Assembly (NCBI GenBank): GCA_965649765.1
Contig: OZ287755.1
Coordinates: 40,486,001-40,550,000, forward strand
Direction of reading: 5' to 3'
DNA: 64,000 nucleotides
Source: Bispira polyomma
Taxonomy: Eukaryota
In this document: positions 12,801 to 25,462 of the stretch, piece by piece
Position numbering within the stretch: the first letter of the stretch is position 1
Layout of the letters: the number at the start of each line of letters is the position of its first letter
The notes under the pieces: model-generated
The model's database searches: none
Seen by the model: the letters and a program-made list of their open reading frames with translations, nothing else
Told to the model about the DNA's origin: nothing
Position numbers and translations under genes: made by a program

Positions 12801-15100
12801 TAGGAAACTTATCAAACTGGGCAGAGGGGCGCATATATACAAGTCAGACGTCAGTCGCGCTTTCTGTCACCTAAAAATAGATCCCATGGATTATGACTTG
12901 CTGGGCTTGAATTGGGAAGGTACTTACATTGATACTTGTCTCCCCTTTGGGAGTCGCCATGAAAACCAGTTTTTCCAACATGTCAGTGAAGCAGTGCGTT
13001 ATATCATGCGTCAACGTGGATTTAGCGTCACAAATTACATCAACGATTTTTTGGGGTATGGGACGCCCACAGTAGCAAAACGCTCATTTGACTGCTTGTG
13101 TGAGATAATGCAATAATTAGGACTGACTATCAGTCAGAAGAAACTGGTATACCCAAATACACAAGCAGTGTGTCTAGGGATATTGGTAGACACAGTAAAA
13201 GGAACTGTAGCCATACCAGAAGAAAAACTACTAGAAATTAAGTCCACAGTTAAGCAGTGGCAAACAAAAAAATTGTACAAAAAGACAACTACAATCACTT
13301 TTGGGATAGTTGTTGTACATACATAAATGTGTAAAGCCGGCGAGATGCTTTCTGAATCGTATGCTAAAAGTACTGAGACGTATTGTAAACCCCAATAAAG
13401 TTGAATTAACTGAAGATTTCAAATGTGACTTAAGATGGTTTCACAAATTTCTCCCTGATTACAACGGGGTATCTATGTATGATCATAGAAGGGTGGATCA
13501 CACTCTAGAACTAGATGCTTGTTTACAGGGGCTAGGGGGTAGATGGAAAACCCTGGTATATCACTTGGCTATCCCTCTAAATTTTCAAAATTTGCAAATA
13601 GCCCATTTGGAAATGGTAAACATTCTGGTGGCCTTAAAATTATATGGAACTCATTGGCAGGGCACCAAAGTCCTCATAAAATGTGATAATCAGGCGGTAG
13701 TTCATGGTCTCAGTTCAGGCAGAGCCAAAGACCCTTACTTAGCAGCCTGCGCCAGAAATGTGTGGTATCTGGCAGCCACAGCAGACATTGACTTACAATA
13801 TGTGCATGTACTAGGTGAGGACAATAGGACTGCGGACTTGCTATCAATAGACAAATTCAGTGAATAATATAGTAGAATTAAATACACTGGTGCACAGTCT
13901 GGTATGGCTAGACACATCGATCAAGCTGACACAAATAGATGATACATTGTAAATAATAATAAAACTTATGTTATAAGTCAACTTAAAATGGATACTATGC
14001 TTTGTTTTGTGGGATCTGAAGCACAAAAAGCGTTACAGGCGGGAGTTAGTAGCAGCCTGCATACAGCATTCAGACCCAAGACAAGAAAATGTTATCAAAG
14101 TCTTTTTAGAACATTCATAGGATTTTGTTTATGTGCTGGGTTAGTATTAGAAGCCCTGGAAATAAAAAACGTCATGTCCGTTTTAGAATATTTGGTACTA
14201 AATAAAGTATCTGTCCACATGGTGGCTAATTATGTCCCAGCGTTAAAAGCTATGAGTATAGTGTATGATCTTCCATTTGAAATTTTTGATCACCCCAAAA
14301 TAAAGTACTTCATAAAATCTCTGAAAATTAATAGAACACATGTGATAGTAAAGAGAAATATATTGAATGTGAACACATTGGAGCAGTTGATAAGGCACTG
14401 TGGCCATGTCAACAACTCACAGGTATACAAGGCTATATTCCTCACAGGTTTCTTTGGTTTTTTCAGGCTCTCGAATTTGGCCCCACACTCCGTAAGAGAG
14501 TTTGACACTTCACGTCATTTTACGGGGGGATGGGTTCTTTAAAAAAGCACTGTTAAAATTCTTCTAAAATGGTCCAAAACTCTACAGAATAGAGACAAAG
14601 TTCAAATAATAGCTATGCCTTGACTAAAACCTTCACTTCTTTGCCCTTACATGGTTTTCAGAAACCTGTTCAAATTATATAGCCCAGGAAAAAATGACCC
14701 TTTATTTTAGTGCTTAACAGCCACTGGCAGGCAGGTGGTCACAGACTCACAGGTAAGAAAGACTTTGGCAAGACTTAACGAAAAATTGGGATGTCCTTCT
14801 AACTTCTACATGTTTCACGCTTTTCGACGTTCAGGTGCCACTCTGGCCTATCAGGCGAAGGTTCATATACAGCAAATTAAAGAGCATGGCACCTGGACGT
14901 CGGACTGTGTTTGGACATATATTCAGGCAAATACTAATAACACAGTGGTGGCCACCACCTTCCAAAGACTGCTAGATGTCTAGTGCTACTATCCCTACAT
15001 CTTGGGTTTGAGGCTTTCTTCATGTTTGATATATAAAATAGTATAAAGCAGTGTAAAAGTTGAGGTCAACTGAGGATAGAAACATTAAATTCACAATCCA
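9900..15100 (+). mobile_element. Decayed Ngaro/DIRS-type tyrosine-recombinase retrotransposon (element E1); ends approximate
   Basis: Gag-like ORF1 pieces (10378-11494; C-terminal CKF..GMC..HK..HICAHC..HPEKEC zinc finger), RT pieces (12008-13300; KSDVSRAF, LPFG, YINDF), RNase H (13310-13867; LELDAC..GLGG, IKCDNQAVV, HVLGEDNRTADLLS), YR (13988-14983; FRLSN, HAFRRSGA, HGTW..Y). Many stops and frameshifts; no split repeats located. Confidence 0.9.
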
Positions 15101-15779
15101 CACTTGTGGATTAAGTTAACCTTAAATTGGCACAGTTTAAGTTAACGCTGGTGACCACTTAAGTTAGGGTCACCTTAAACTTCTTCATTCAGGTGTTTTT
15201 CGTTAGTTTAAGAGCACCTTAAACTGAAATTCAAAATTGTATTTTAAGTCAAAACTTAAAGTGAAATTAAGTTGAAGAATAAACTTAAAGTGATAATTAT
15301 ACATATGACCTTAGCTTAAATATGAATGTTGTAACCTTTTTATTATTGTATACTTTAACCAGAAATGTACATAGTTAGTAGTATAGAACTTATATTTTAC
15401 ACAATTTTACATATATTTTATAAAATAAAAATATATATACCCTCATAGATTTCTTATTCTTGACTTGGAAGTGATAGGGACTGAAACCTAATATTTGGCT
15501 TGACTCAAGTGAAAGCTATGTAACTCCTGTTCCAAAATAACCTGTAATTGTGACTATTAAATTAAATGCATATTATCACTGATAAACAACTATACAAATG
15601 TATGCATTATAGAAATAGTAATGGTATATATTTCTATAAACTGAGCACATACCATTATAATACAAGGAGAATACAACTTAAACAAAAGTGCTCTAGAATG
15701 TTTTGTTAATAATACAGATTTTATATTTGAGCTGTTACTTTTTGTCACAAATAAGAATAGTTGTTATATATCTCATTTT

Positions 15780-16420
15780 CTAAATCAAACAAAAGGAAAA
15801 TTACTACCAGCATACTACTGTGTCCGGGACCAATGACTGTAATAAAAAATGTAACCCAGAACACTACATACACCAACTTCTGTCAGTTGTTAGCATTGAA
15901 TATCAATGGCCTCTAATATGGCATTTGTACAGAAAACTGTATGTGTTTTACTCTTTGTATGTGCTATTTTTTCTGTATTGAAAACAGTGAATTCTTAAGG
16001 TAAAATATACATATTTGATACTATAGCTTATATAAACTTGATTAGGATAAATATGTGATTTCAAGTTTTATAATAACACACTTACAATAATGGTTGTCAC
16101 AAATGCAAATAGTAGTTATATATCTAATTTGCCAAATCAAACAAAAGGAAAATTACTACCAGCATACTACTGTGTCCGGGACCAATGACTGCAATAAAAA
16201 ATGTAACCAAGAACACTACATACACCATCTTCTGTCAGTTGTTAGCATTGAATATCAATGGCCTCTAATATGGCATTTGTACAGAAAACTGTATGTGTTT
16301 TACTCTTTGTATGTGCTATTTCTTCTGTATTAAAAAGAGTGAATTCTCAAGGTAAGATCTACATATTTGATATTATAGCTTATGTAAACTTGATTAGGAT
16401 AATTATGTGATTATAAATTT
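15780..16420 (+). repeat. 352-bp-period tandem duplication containing the signal-peptide exon of the integrin-beta-like gene
   Basis: aaatcaaacaaaaggaaaattactaccagc... occurs at ~15782 and ~16134; ATG at 15906 and 16258; both copies end in G|GTAA. Confidence 0.92.
15906..15999 (+). pseudogene. Nonsense-bearing duplicate of the signal-peptide exon
   Basis: Same 94-nt exon as 16258-16351, but codon 31 is TAA (15996-15998) instead of CAA. Confidence 0.85.
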
Positions 16421-18785
16421 TGTATTGGCACACTCACAATAATGCTTTCCACGAAATAATGCATGTCTGTAAACTTTTATGTGTCCACACTTCAGAAGTT
16501 AATTATTCTGCTTATTGTGTTTTTGTTTACAAGGAGGTCGAGGATGTAGGCGGCGAACAACCTGTGCCTCCTGTACAGACAATGAGAGTGGATGTAACTG
16601 GTGCCAGCCACAGGTACCGTCTCATGTGACCTATAACAAACAATATTACATTGTACTGATACACTATACTGTCTTATGTCAGTTCTAAAAAACAATATTA
16701 CCAAGGATCTTTAGCCTGCCACTGGGGATACGACCCAGTGACAGAGGACCGCCATTTTAAGTGGTCCCCTGAGCCACTAAGCAAATTTGTGTACACATCT
16801 TGCCAAAGGATGTTGTACCAATGAAACTGGCGGCCGGTACCAGGAATAGAACCCAGGCAGAATTGAATGTATTCATATTTTAAATTTGTTCAAAAACAGA
16901 TGAGACAATATGACAGGCATAAGCCTTAAGCAGGTCTAGAGGCCCACAAACCTGTATCATGTCTCACAGTCTTATCACCAGTTGACATCATATTGTACAT
17001 TGTAGGATCTGACACGTGACGGGTTTTGTGGTTCTCCCTCTAAAATCAGCCGGAGATGTGACGGTGAAGCCAGTATAGGTGGGAATTACTTCAAAGTAAG
17101 TCACACAGGTTGATGAAATTTTATAAAATTCTTAGTTTACAAGAATGACAAAACATTGCCTTTTTCCAGGGTAATTGAACTTGACATTTTGTTGCATGCC
17201 TTGCCAACCAAATAGATCAATGCCGCAACCTCAATGACCTTTCCATGCAAATTATACAAACCTATTGTATGTATTCAGTCTAAAAATTATCTTCAAGGAA
17301 ATAAATTGTTTTTAGCTCTACCTATTTAAGCCTTGGTTTGCATACTTGATGTTGAGGATTACAGACAATAAATAATTTAAAGACTAAAAAGTGACAGTGA
17401 TTTCTAAAGAAAAGATGTTGGGACACACAAAATGAGTTCCCTTAAATCCCCACATGAGCTGTAATGAATTGTTTCTTCTTCTCCAACAGGAAGAGGCTAG
17501 TGTGAAATGCAATTCTATTGGTACATACGAATGTGGACGCTGTAATTGTGATGAAGGCTATTATGGCAAGTTCTGTGAGTGTGACGCCTGGTCCTCCAGT
17601 GAAGACAGCTGTAGAATGTAAGCATGAAAATATAGTATGTCTTGTAGTCATGGTAATTATCTCTAACTATTTTGCATTTTGGAAGAAAGATATTGCAAGG
17701 AAAATACAATTTTTTTTTGTATTGTATTAGCATACAGTGGACATTTGACATAGTGTGTTGTTACTCAAAGGTTTCAAGGATCAAAGTTGTGTGAAGGCAA
17801 TGGGGAGTGTGTTTGCGGGATGTGCGACTGTCACCCAATACACCCATATACTCTGCAAAGGTTTAGTGGCCAGTTCTGTGAATGCAATGACTATTCATGC
17901 GACTTCTTTGCCGGCATGTTATGTGGAGGTAGGCTTTCCTGTGGTCTAATTATGTTTGATTTATGTTTTAACAATAGATAATATAATTAAATAGTTGTAA
18001 TATATTAATGAACAACTAGATTTTACCAACATTTTAAACATTACACAAACTAACGTGTGTTCCACAGACGATAACTAAACATTGCCTTACTAAGAATACA
18101 ACATTATAATTATATGTAGACATTTAATCATTCCAGCAAACTTTAGGTACTATATTAACTGATAAGATATTGCCTGCCAAGAATACAAAAACAAGATTTA
18201 CAGTGTTTTCCGTACTCTTTATCCTCACTTTTTAAATCTAGTAGACTTTCCATAAAACTATCACTCTATCTCTTTAACCCAACCAAACAAAACATTGGTT
18301 GGCCCTGCTTTGCTGTTGCAGCTCCTGTTGAAGGAAACTGACTCCCACACACTGTCAAATCACAGGATAAAATCACAGGTTTCAGAAACCATCTAAAAAC
18401 TTACCTTTTTTAGACTTGCCTACCCCTCCTTAGTCATCCCTTCCTTCTAGTAACAACCTTACGGTTGCCCCCGGACTTTTCCTTTTTGTATATTAGTGCC
18501 TTAGAGGATGTCCTCATCAATTTGGCGCTTTATAAATGTTTCAATTATAAATGTTTTAATTATTATTATGAATATCAAGGTGCAGATCGTGGAGTGTGTT
18601 CCTGTGGACAGTGCATATGTTCACCTGGATACACTGGGAGTGCATGTGAGTGTACTATGTCTCAGGAGAAGTGTATGGCATCCAATGGACGTGTATGTAA
18701 TGACAGAGGGCACTGTCAATGTGACGTCTGTGTCTGTGACCAGTATGCCAAGGGACCAACATGTGAGGAACTTGTGGATGGTTGA
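16258..18785 (+). CDS. Predicted secreted integrin-beta-like protein, 251 aa (signal peptide - PSI - I-EGF1-4); exons 16258-16351, 16534-16613, 17006-17095, 17490-17617, 17771-17928, 18580-18785
   Basis: All five introns are GT-AG with matching phases (1,0,0,2,1); 94+80+90+128+158+206=756 nt, open throughout. Signal peptide MASNMAFVQKTVCVLLFVCAISSVLKRVNSQ; PSI CRRRTTCASCTDNESGCNWC...FC...RC; I-EGF repeats GTYECGRCNCDEGYYGKFCEC, CEGNGECVCGMCDC...FSGQFCECNDYSC, CGGADRGVCSCGQCIC..GYTGSACEC, CNDRGHCQCDVCVC...GPTCE. AATAAA at 18965. Confidence 0.88.
16700..16858 (-). mobile_element. SINE family A fragment in intron 2 of the integrin-like gene
   Basis: Reverse complement of 2545-2705. Confidence 0.75.
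18200..18560 (+). mobile_element. L2/CR1-type LINE 3' end in intron 5
   Basis: Reads ...IGWPCFAVAAP...GFRNHLKTYLF, then ggcgctttataaatg...tattattat tail. Confidence 0.65.
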
Positions 18786-19742
18786 ACTGTTTTAAGGGAT
18801 GTATATCAACTAAAAGTCCTTTATATGGCCAAATATATAGATTATGATAATACACAAATCATCTGATATATATTGTAATTTGTAACTGAAGCTACACAAA
18901 AGTGCGCATTTAAGAACACAACATGGGGTATTTGTAGATATAATGTTACACAATTTTAGAAAGAAATAAAAAAAATGGCTCATTCCATCCACCTTTGCAT
19001 TGTACAAAGAAGAGTCTTCTTTTGGCCAAAAAAATAACAATTATAGCAACAGCTGTCAAAGTTTTTGCTGTGCAGTCATTTATTGTGTGAATAAACTTAG
19101 ATGTGTATCATGATATATTGGACTCAAGCTGCTTAAAGGGATGAATATACCTATCCGATTTTGCCTCTGAATCTGTCATCCAACGTCCATCTCTGTCATC
19201 CGAAAAAAATCAAAAGATATTGAAACAGAGAAGTAGCATACACTTGGCTGAAGTCACCTCAGATTCGAAAAGGATGCACCATCCAGACTCCACTAGTGGA
19301 ACCAGGAAGCACCTACCATTTTCCCTTACTACAGTGGTTGGGATGGCCAAACCTCACCCTAGCCCCACTTCACCCTCATCGTTTAAGTCCATTACTAGAT
19401 TCTGCCCCACCCCTTTGCTAAAGTGGCCCAGAGTAGCTCTATCCACCCTTTTCATAGTGCACTAATGAGACCCACTCTGGCTTCCTCACAGTCTTCCTTT
19501 CCACGGTATTGCACTGGTGGGCTCTAGGTCCTTTCTGCACAGCAGGATCCTACCTCGTTGTACACTAAGTATAATACTCATTATTGTAAAAGTTCCTTCT
19601 TGATGCATAGTTGGCTCAGCCTCCTTCTTTAACAGTAGCTATGGCTACGGGACATGATGTGTCTTGTAATATTGACTTAGACATGGTCTTGACCTCTTAA
19701 GCTTCAGAAACCTGAATTTAGTTAGTGTGATATGGTCTTTGG

Positions 19743-22100
19743 TGAAGCCCCAGTCACACTGCAGGTACGATCTTTTAACGACTGCCTCGGACCTAAAAAT
19801 CAGGATAGTTTGTTACAGGTCTGTGATAATACCTAATAATTTAAACAAAGGTATTTAATGTTTGTGGATGATATTTATACTTCTTACGATCGTTTCAAAG
19901 TCCTCACTTCCCAGCCAAAGTGGACCCTGGGCTCCTTTAGCTTCCAGGAGGCTCATCTCACTCATCTCAATGTCCCAGCCAAACAAGCCCCAACAGTGAG
20001 AGGGTCATATTCTGCCAGTGGTTGGGGTTGGAGGCCTACAAGCTGTCCAACAAGCTGTGGATGGGCTTCATGACCAATGTATTCAACATCATCATGAGAT
20101 ACCATCTGCAGGATGTGCAACATCCACGGCAACAGCAACAACCACATCCATATCGACAATAACAGCAACAATAGCATGAACAGCAACAACGGCAGCAACA
20201 GCCACAGTCACAGCAACAGCCGAAATCACCGCCACAACAACTACAGCAACAACAACATCAACAACACAGCAACAGTAAAAACCACATCAACAGTCACGGC
20301 AACAACCACACCTGTATCATCAACATCAGCCACAGCAACAGCCACAGTCACGGCCACAGCAACAACCACAGTAACTCCCATATCAACAGCAACAGCAGCA
20401 ACAGCCACATCAGCAAAAGCAACAGTCACAGCAACTGTAACAGCCACTTCAGCAACCACGGCAACAGCAAAAAACCACATCAACAGCCACGGCAGCAACC
20501 GCATCCGTATCAACAACAACAGCAACATCAACAGCAAAAGCAACAATGACAGCCACAGCCACATCAACAGCCACAATCACAGCCACAAGAACAACTACAG
20601 CAACCGCCACAGCAACAGCCATATGAACAGCCACAATAATAGCTACCGCAACAGCCACACCAACAATAGCAACAGCCACATCAGCAGCAACAACAACAGA
20701 CGCAACAACAATTACAACAGTGACAACAACATCAGCAGCAACAGCGAAAATCAACAATAGCAACAGCCACAGCAACAAACATTGGTATATCACTTTACAA
20801 CAACAACAATTACAAAATTATATGGACACAAATATAAATACATCACCCATACCCCTCCAGAAAACTCAGTGGATGTATGCACTCCACTGTGTGCTATTTA
20901 TCTTCAATGATCATCAATAATCTTCAAAACATTGGACATGGACGTGCTTTACAACTTGTCTATAGTGCTCTTAAAACCATGTGACACAGCGCCCATTTTG
21001 CGAGGACATAAATGATTCCTTACGACCATTTTGGAACGTCTTGGTAGGAGCCACACATATTTTTGGGGTTTTCTTGATGGGCGACGATGGTCCATATCGC
21101 ATCTCTGTAGGTTGCACCAACTTTGTGGGATATACAGGGACTCCCTATACGATGGTCGTCGACTTCCAAGGACCAGTATTCTAATATCTGCAACCAGTTG
21201 AAGATCATCGTGTCACTAGCCATGACTGGTCACCAATTGTCAAAGACTGGTTGCAGAAAATTGCCCATAGTCCCTACCAGTTGCACCTCTTGTGAAAACC
21301 CCTCCTGGGTCAGACTATAAATAGCTTGTCTGATGCACTAATTGATCAGTATGCATCAAGTTTTCAAGCAATAAACATATCAATATATATCAATATCTAC
21401 TATTTTAAGATGGTGCTGTGGAGGTGGCCAGAGGTTTCCAGGCCAGCAATGCTAGAGGTGTCTAGGCTCAGGCCAGATGTGTTCAGCCCACTGAGGCCTC
21501 GATTCTGACCTGTGACAGGTTGAGTTAGTGGTGACTAAAACTGCTGTGTCTGTGGTGGTGTGCAGAAGATGGACCCTGTGGCTATAGCTGGTGGAGCCGA
21601 CGCAGGCCTGATGGCCACTGGCTGTAATAAAGCTGGTGTGGCTATTGTCTTATAGCCTGGACTGAAAAGTGTCTTGCATTAAAATAACCAGCCCACTGGG
21701 TTTTAGATAAATTTGTTGCCTCCAGCTTAATTGACAAAAAGATTATCTGGGGTTGTTTGTCTCAATAACCAACTTCAACTGCAGTTGGTGCGTGAGTTGG
21801 TTTTCGGAAAAATATTTCGCAATCTGTATTATTACATCACCCGCCCGCCTCCCACTGGGTTTCGCTGGTCATGGTCCGCCAGTCTGAGGCTGGCTAATGT
21901 TTCTTGCCTGATTGGATCCCGGTGGAGTGGGGCCTGGCCAACTGGATGTGGTCTGTTAGTCACTTTGATGGCCTGATGAGGAGGCAATGCTGGTCAGCTC
22001 ATCGTCCTCCTGATCCAGATCATCGCCCTTGCCCATCAGTACTTTTCTTATTAAACTGATTGGAAAGAGGGCTCTCACTTCAATCTAATAAGGAATATGA
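19743..22100. mobile_element. Probable decayed PIF/Harbinger derivative
   Basis: Terminus-like aagccccagtcacactg at 19744; subterminal acga/tcgt repeats at 20990-21290; 21280-21410 is homologous to 47570-47740, which directly precedes Harbinger transposase remnants. Confidence 0.4.
20110..20830. repeat. Degenerate (CAA/CAG/CCA)n triplet low-complexity tract
   Basis: Direct reading; it produces spurious poly-N/T/A/V/L ORFs in several frames. Confidence 0.9.
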
Positions 22101-22920
22101 TTATATCAAACACATACTGTTAAATACCTCCACAGAAATGAACCAGTGACGTCAATTCCGAGGTGGGGGTTCCTTTACCATTTCTTTTAAATAGCCCAGA
22201 ATAGGAGAGAAATGAAAAACATCAATATCTTGCTGAAGGTATTTTGACACCATAAATTACACAGTCAACTAAAATATGTCTTGCTAATGCATAGCAGTTG
22301 TTTTAAGCCAATTATTGCAATAGCCTTATGCACAGTGCTAATTATGTGTACAGAAAAAAATCATAGTTGCCTGTTCAGGGATGTGATATTTTCCCCAAAC
22401 AAGTACATATATGTAGTTACTCTTATTTTCCCCGTAATATGTTTTGGCAATAGTCAACAATCATGTACTTGAAGTTGTTTGTGGTACTTAAGTTGGCCGT
22501 TAATAGATTCCTAAAATGTCAAGAGATACACAATATCGATATCAAGCTTTAAGAGTGTGTACACACTACCATGGCAGTGTACATGAAACTCAATGCATTT
22601 CTCCTATTCTAAAAAGTAAATTTTTGTTGATGTCATGTTGAAAAACAGCAGCTCACACTGCAGCCTGGAAGGGCAACCCAAACATCCTAAAGTTCTGCAT
22701 CAAAACAAAGGAAATGCCTAGGTAAATAGAGGTGATTTTACATTATCTGAATGCACCAATTATCTAAGTTTAATTTAAGTCTAAGTTTAAGTACTATATT
22801 ACACTAATATTTCTAATAAACTTTAGACAATCCAATGGAAAAATTGATTCACGAGGAATCAGTGAATCAATGATACAATGGACACCCAGTCAAAGTGAAA
22901 AGCTGATTAAGATCTATGTG

Positions 22921-23100
22921 TTACATATCATTGTCATTGGCGAACAGGATATTGGAAAGTCTTCACTCGTAGATTCTCTTTGGAGTAACCAATGCTACGC
23001 TACTGGAATTTGGGTGACAAAATGATACCAATTTACGATATTGATGGACATGAAGCTTACCACTATACTTCGCATTTCTTTCATCACAATTCTGCTTAGA
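22921..23100 (+). pseudogene. Roc-type (Roco family) GTPase remnant
   Basis: LHIIVIGEQDIGKSSLVDSLW (P-loop GxxxxGKS), then after a stop and frameshift IYDIDGHEAYHYTSHFF, resembling the Roc G3 segment (wDxgGqe.y..th.fF). Confidence 0.6.
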
Positions 23101-24412
23101 ATGTAGTGTCAAAGCAGTATCACTCACACTCATGGTGACCCAGTGTGAAATAGAATAAAGTCGCTTGATGTGAATGATTGTGGCACAATCACCAACAATG
23201 CTTTATATAAATATTTCTGTGTTAATTGATATTTTGATCAGCCTTGTGGCTGTTCTCATCAGAGGCTGTAAAATTATTCTGACAATTCGATAAGGTAATA
23301 AACGTGCTCCGCTTGATCAGGATAAGCAATACCTAGTGGAAACAATCTCTTGAAATTGGATTAAAATGATTTTAATTGAAAATCATTGCCAATATAGGCT
23401 CATAATGTAGTCATTCAGAATTAAAAGTGGCCGATCCATTCATAATCACAACATTGTCAAATATTCATCCAATGGATATAGATGGAACAGGCAGAAGATG
23501 AACAGACATTTATCTTTTCTCTTCAACCAAATTAGCATATTATCACATATCAAACTTTTTTTCAAATTTGCAGCATGATAGATGTTATACTTGCTACATG
23601 TCTAGCAAATGTGCCTGTTAGTAGTCTCACAAACATATTTATTTCAATTCTAATTATTGTCTGCTGGATTATAAGGGGCCAGTTATATATAGATGAAACT
23701 TAGTGATTATTATTGACAGGAAATTGTATACATTTGTCAAATCTGCTAATGTTAAAATGATTACCTTCTTAATAGAAGCTGAAATAAAATTAATAGAGCT
23801 AGTAATTAAAATATATAATATGTTATGCTGTACCACTAAATATCGCTGCTCTATCGTTGAGTTTTCTACTTATTTTCTACAGGATTAGCTGTTTTACTGG
23901 TAACTACACTTATATGAATGAAATAGTACTTGCATCACTCATACAATGCATCATTTAAAAAGTGCCCTTGACCTTTACCCCGTTTCTCCACCAAAAAGTT
24001 TTATACTAAGTTCAATATTTTTGTGCAATATGGATGACAAACCAAACCAACGGGCATTAAACAGGAAATATAGCCTTTCTGTAGCAGATGATAAAGGAAA
24101 TCGAATAAAAGTACAAAAAGATGTGCTAACATAATTAGGGATATGTTGTAAATTATAACTGTATTAATTTAATAAAATATCTATTTGGGGAGAAATGGTG
24201 TCAAGGGAAACAACTGAGTGGAACAATTATGTTCTGAGCAACTTGAAATTTAATTATTTTAGAACTGAAATTATGTGGGCTTTAAACTCACTCTGAAGTT
24301 TGCAATGGCAATTTGAATTATACACTAATGCACAGTCATAATGTCTACTAAAGAATCAATTGAATCCAAATAAATAATTTTTTACACTATTTTCTGCACA
24401 ATGCAGTCATAT

Positions 24413-25462
24413 AACTAGACCTAGCACATCGGTGAACCGATGCATATTGGTATCTACCAGAAAGACAGAGCACCCTAGGTAGGAAGCACCTAAGCTATGG
24501 CTACCTTCGTCAGACCTTTAAGGAGGGGCCCAAAGTCAAATCTGACCACATCAGAAGATTTTCAGCCCATGATTCCTACAAGTTGGTTTCACACAGGAAA
24601 CTTGTAGGACCAATAATAAGCGAGTTATAAGCACTTTAAGTTTGGCTTTTGTCATTTGACCTTGAAGGAGGGGCCCAATATCAAACCTGACCACATGAGA
24701 ATACTCCCAGCCCATGATTTCCTATAGGTTGGTTTTCAAAACTGTAGGACAAATGATAAGTGAAATATAAGCACTTTTAAGTTTGGATACCTTGTTTAAC
24801 CTTAGATGAAAGGCCCAAGGTCAAACCTGACCACATCAGAAGATTCCCAGCCCATGATTTCCTATAGGTTGGTTTTCAAAACTGTAGGACAAATGATAAG
24901 TGAAATATAAGCACTTTTAAGTTTGGATACCTTGTTTAACCTTAGATGAAAGGCCCAAGGTCAAACCTGACCACATCAGAAGATTCCCAGCCCATGATTT
25001 CCTATAGGTTGGTTTTCAAAACTGTAGGACAAATGATAAGTGAAATATAAGCACTTTTAAGTTTGGATACCTTGTTTAACCTTAGATGAAAGGCCCAAGG
25101 TCAAACCTGACCACATCAGAAGATTCCCAGCCCATGATTTCCTATAGGTATGCTTTACATGCCAAACCTCTAGGACCAACAATAAGCGAGATATAGGCAC
25201 TTTTAAAGTTTGCTATGTGAGGTACTTTGGCACTCTGTGGATGACCTCGAATAAAGAGCTTTAAGGTAAAATGTCTGCATGCTTGTAGAGAAATAATTTT
25301 GAAAGAAGAGCCCCTGGCGGCCATCTTGTTTTTCACAATGAGGCTAATGTTAGTTGTAGAGAAGTATACCTCCCGCTGAGAATGTTAACGGCGAAAATCT
25401 CTCCGCAGCGGCGGCATAGCGAAGGTTAAACCAAAGTATCCACCGGATCGGTGGATACAATT
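24413..25462. mobile_element. Helentron-type non-autonomous element (HINE-like) with internal ~140-bp tandem array
   Basis: 5' hairpin CATCGGT-GA-ACCGATG (24427-24442), subterminal GTATCTACC (24450) inverted to 3' GGTGGATAC (25450), 3' palindrome GTATCCACC-GGATC-GGTGGATAC; repeat units start at ~24536, 24681, 24821, 24961 and 25101. Confidence 0.75.

Noticed and set aside
15060-15330. ttaagtt/accttaaac-rich stretch as the split repeats of E1
   Set aside because: No matching second copy found near either end of E1, so its termini remain undefined.
20113-20793. Long ORFs on both strands (poly-N/S/H/T/A and poly-V/L)
   Set aside because: They arise from a stop-poor CAN/ACA triplet tract; no splice or domain support.
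24536-25200. Regular repeats as a possible CRISPR array
   Set aside because: Units are contiguous 140-bp tandem copies without unique spacers, in eukaryotic DNA with no cas genes.
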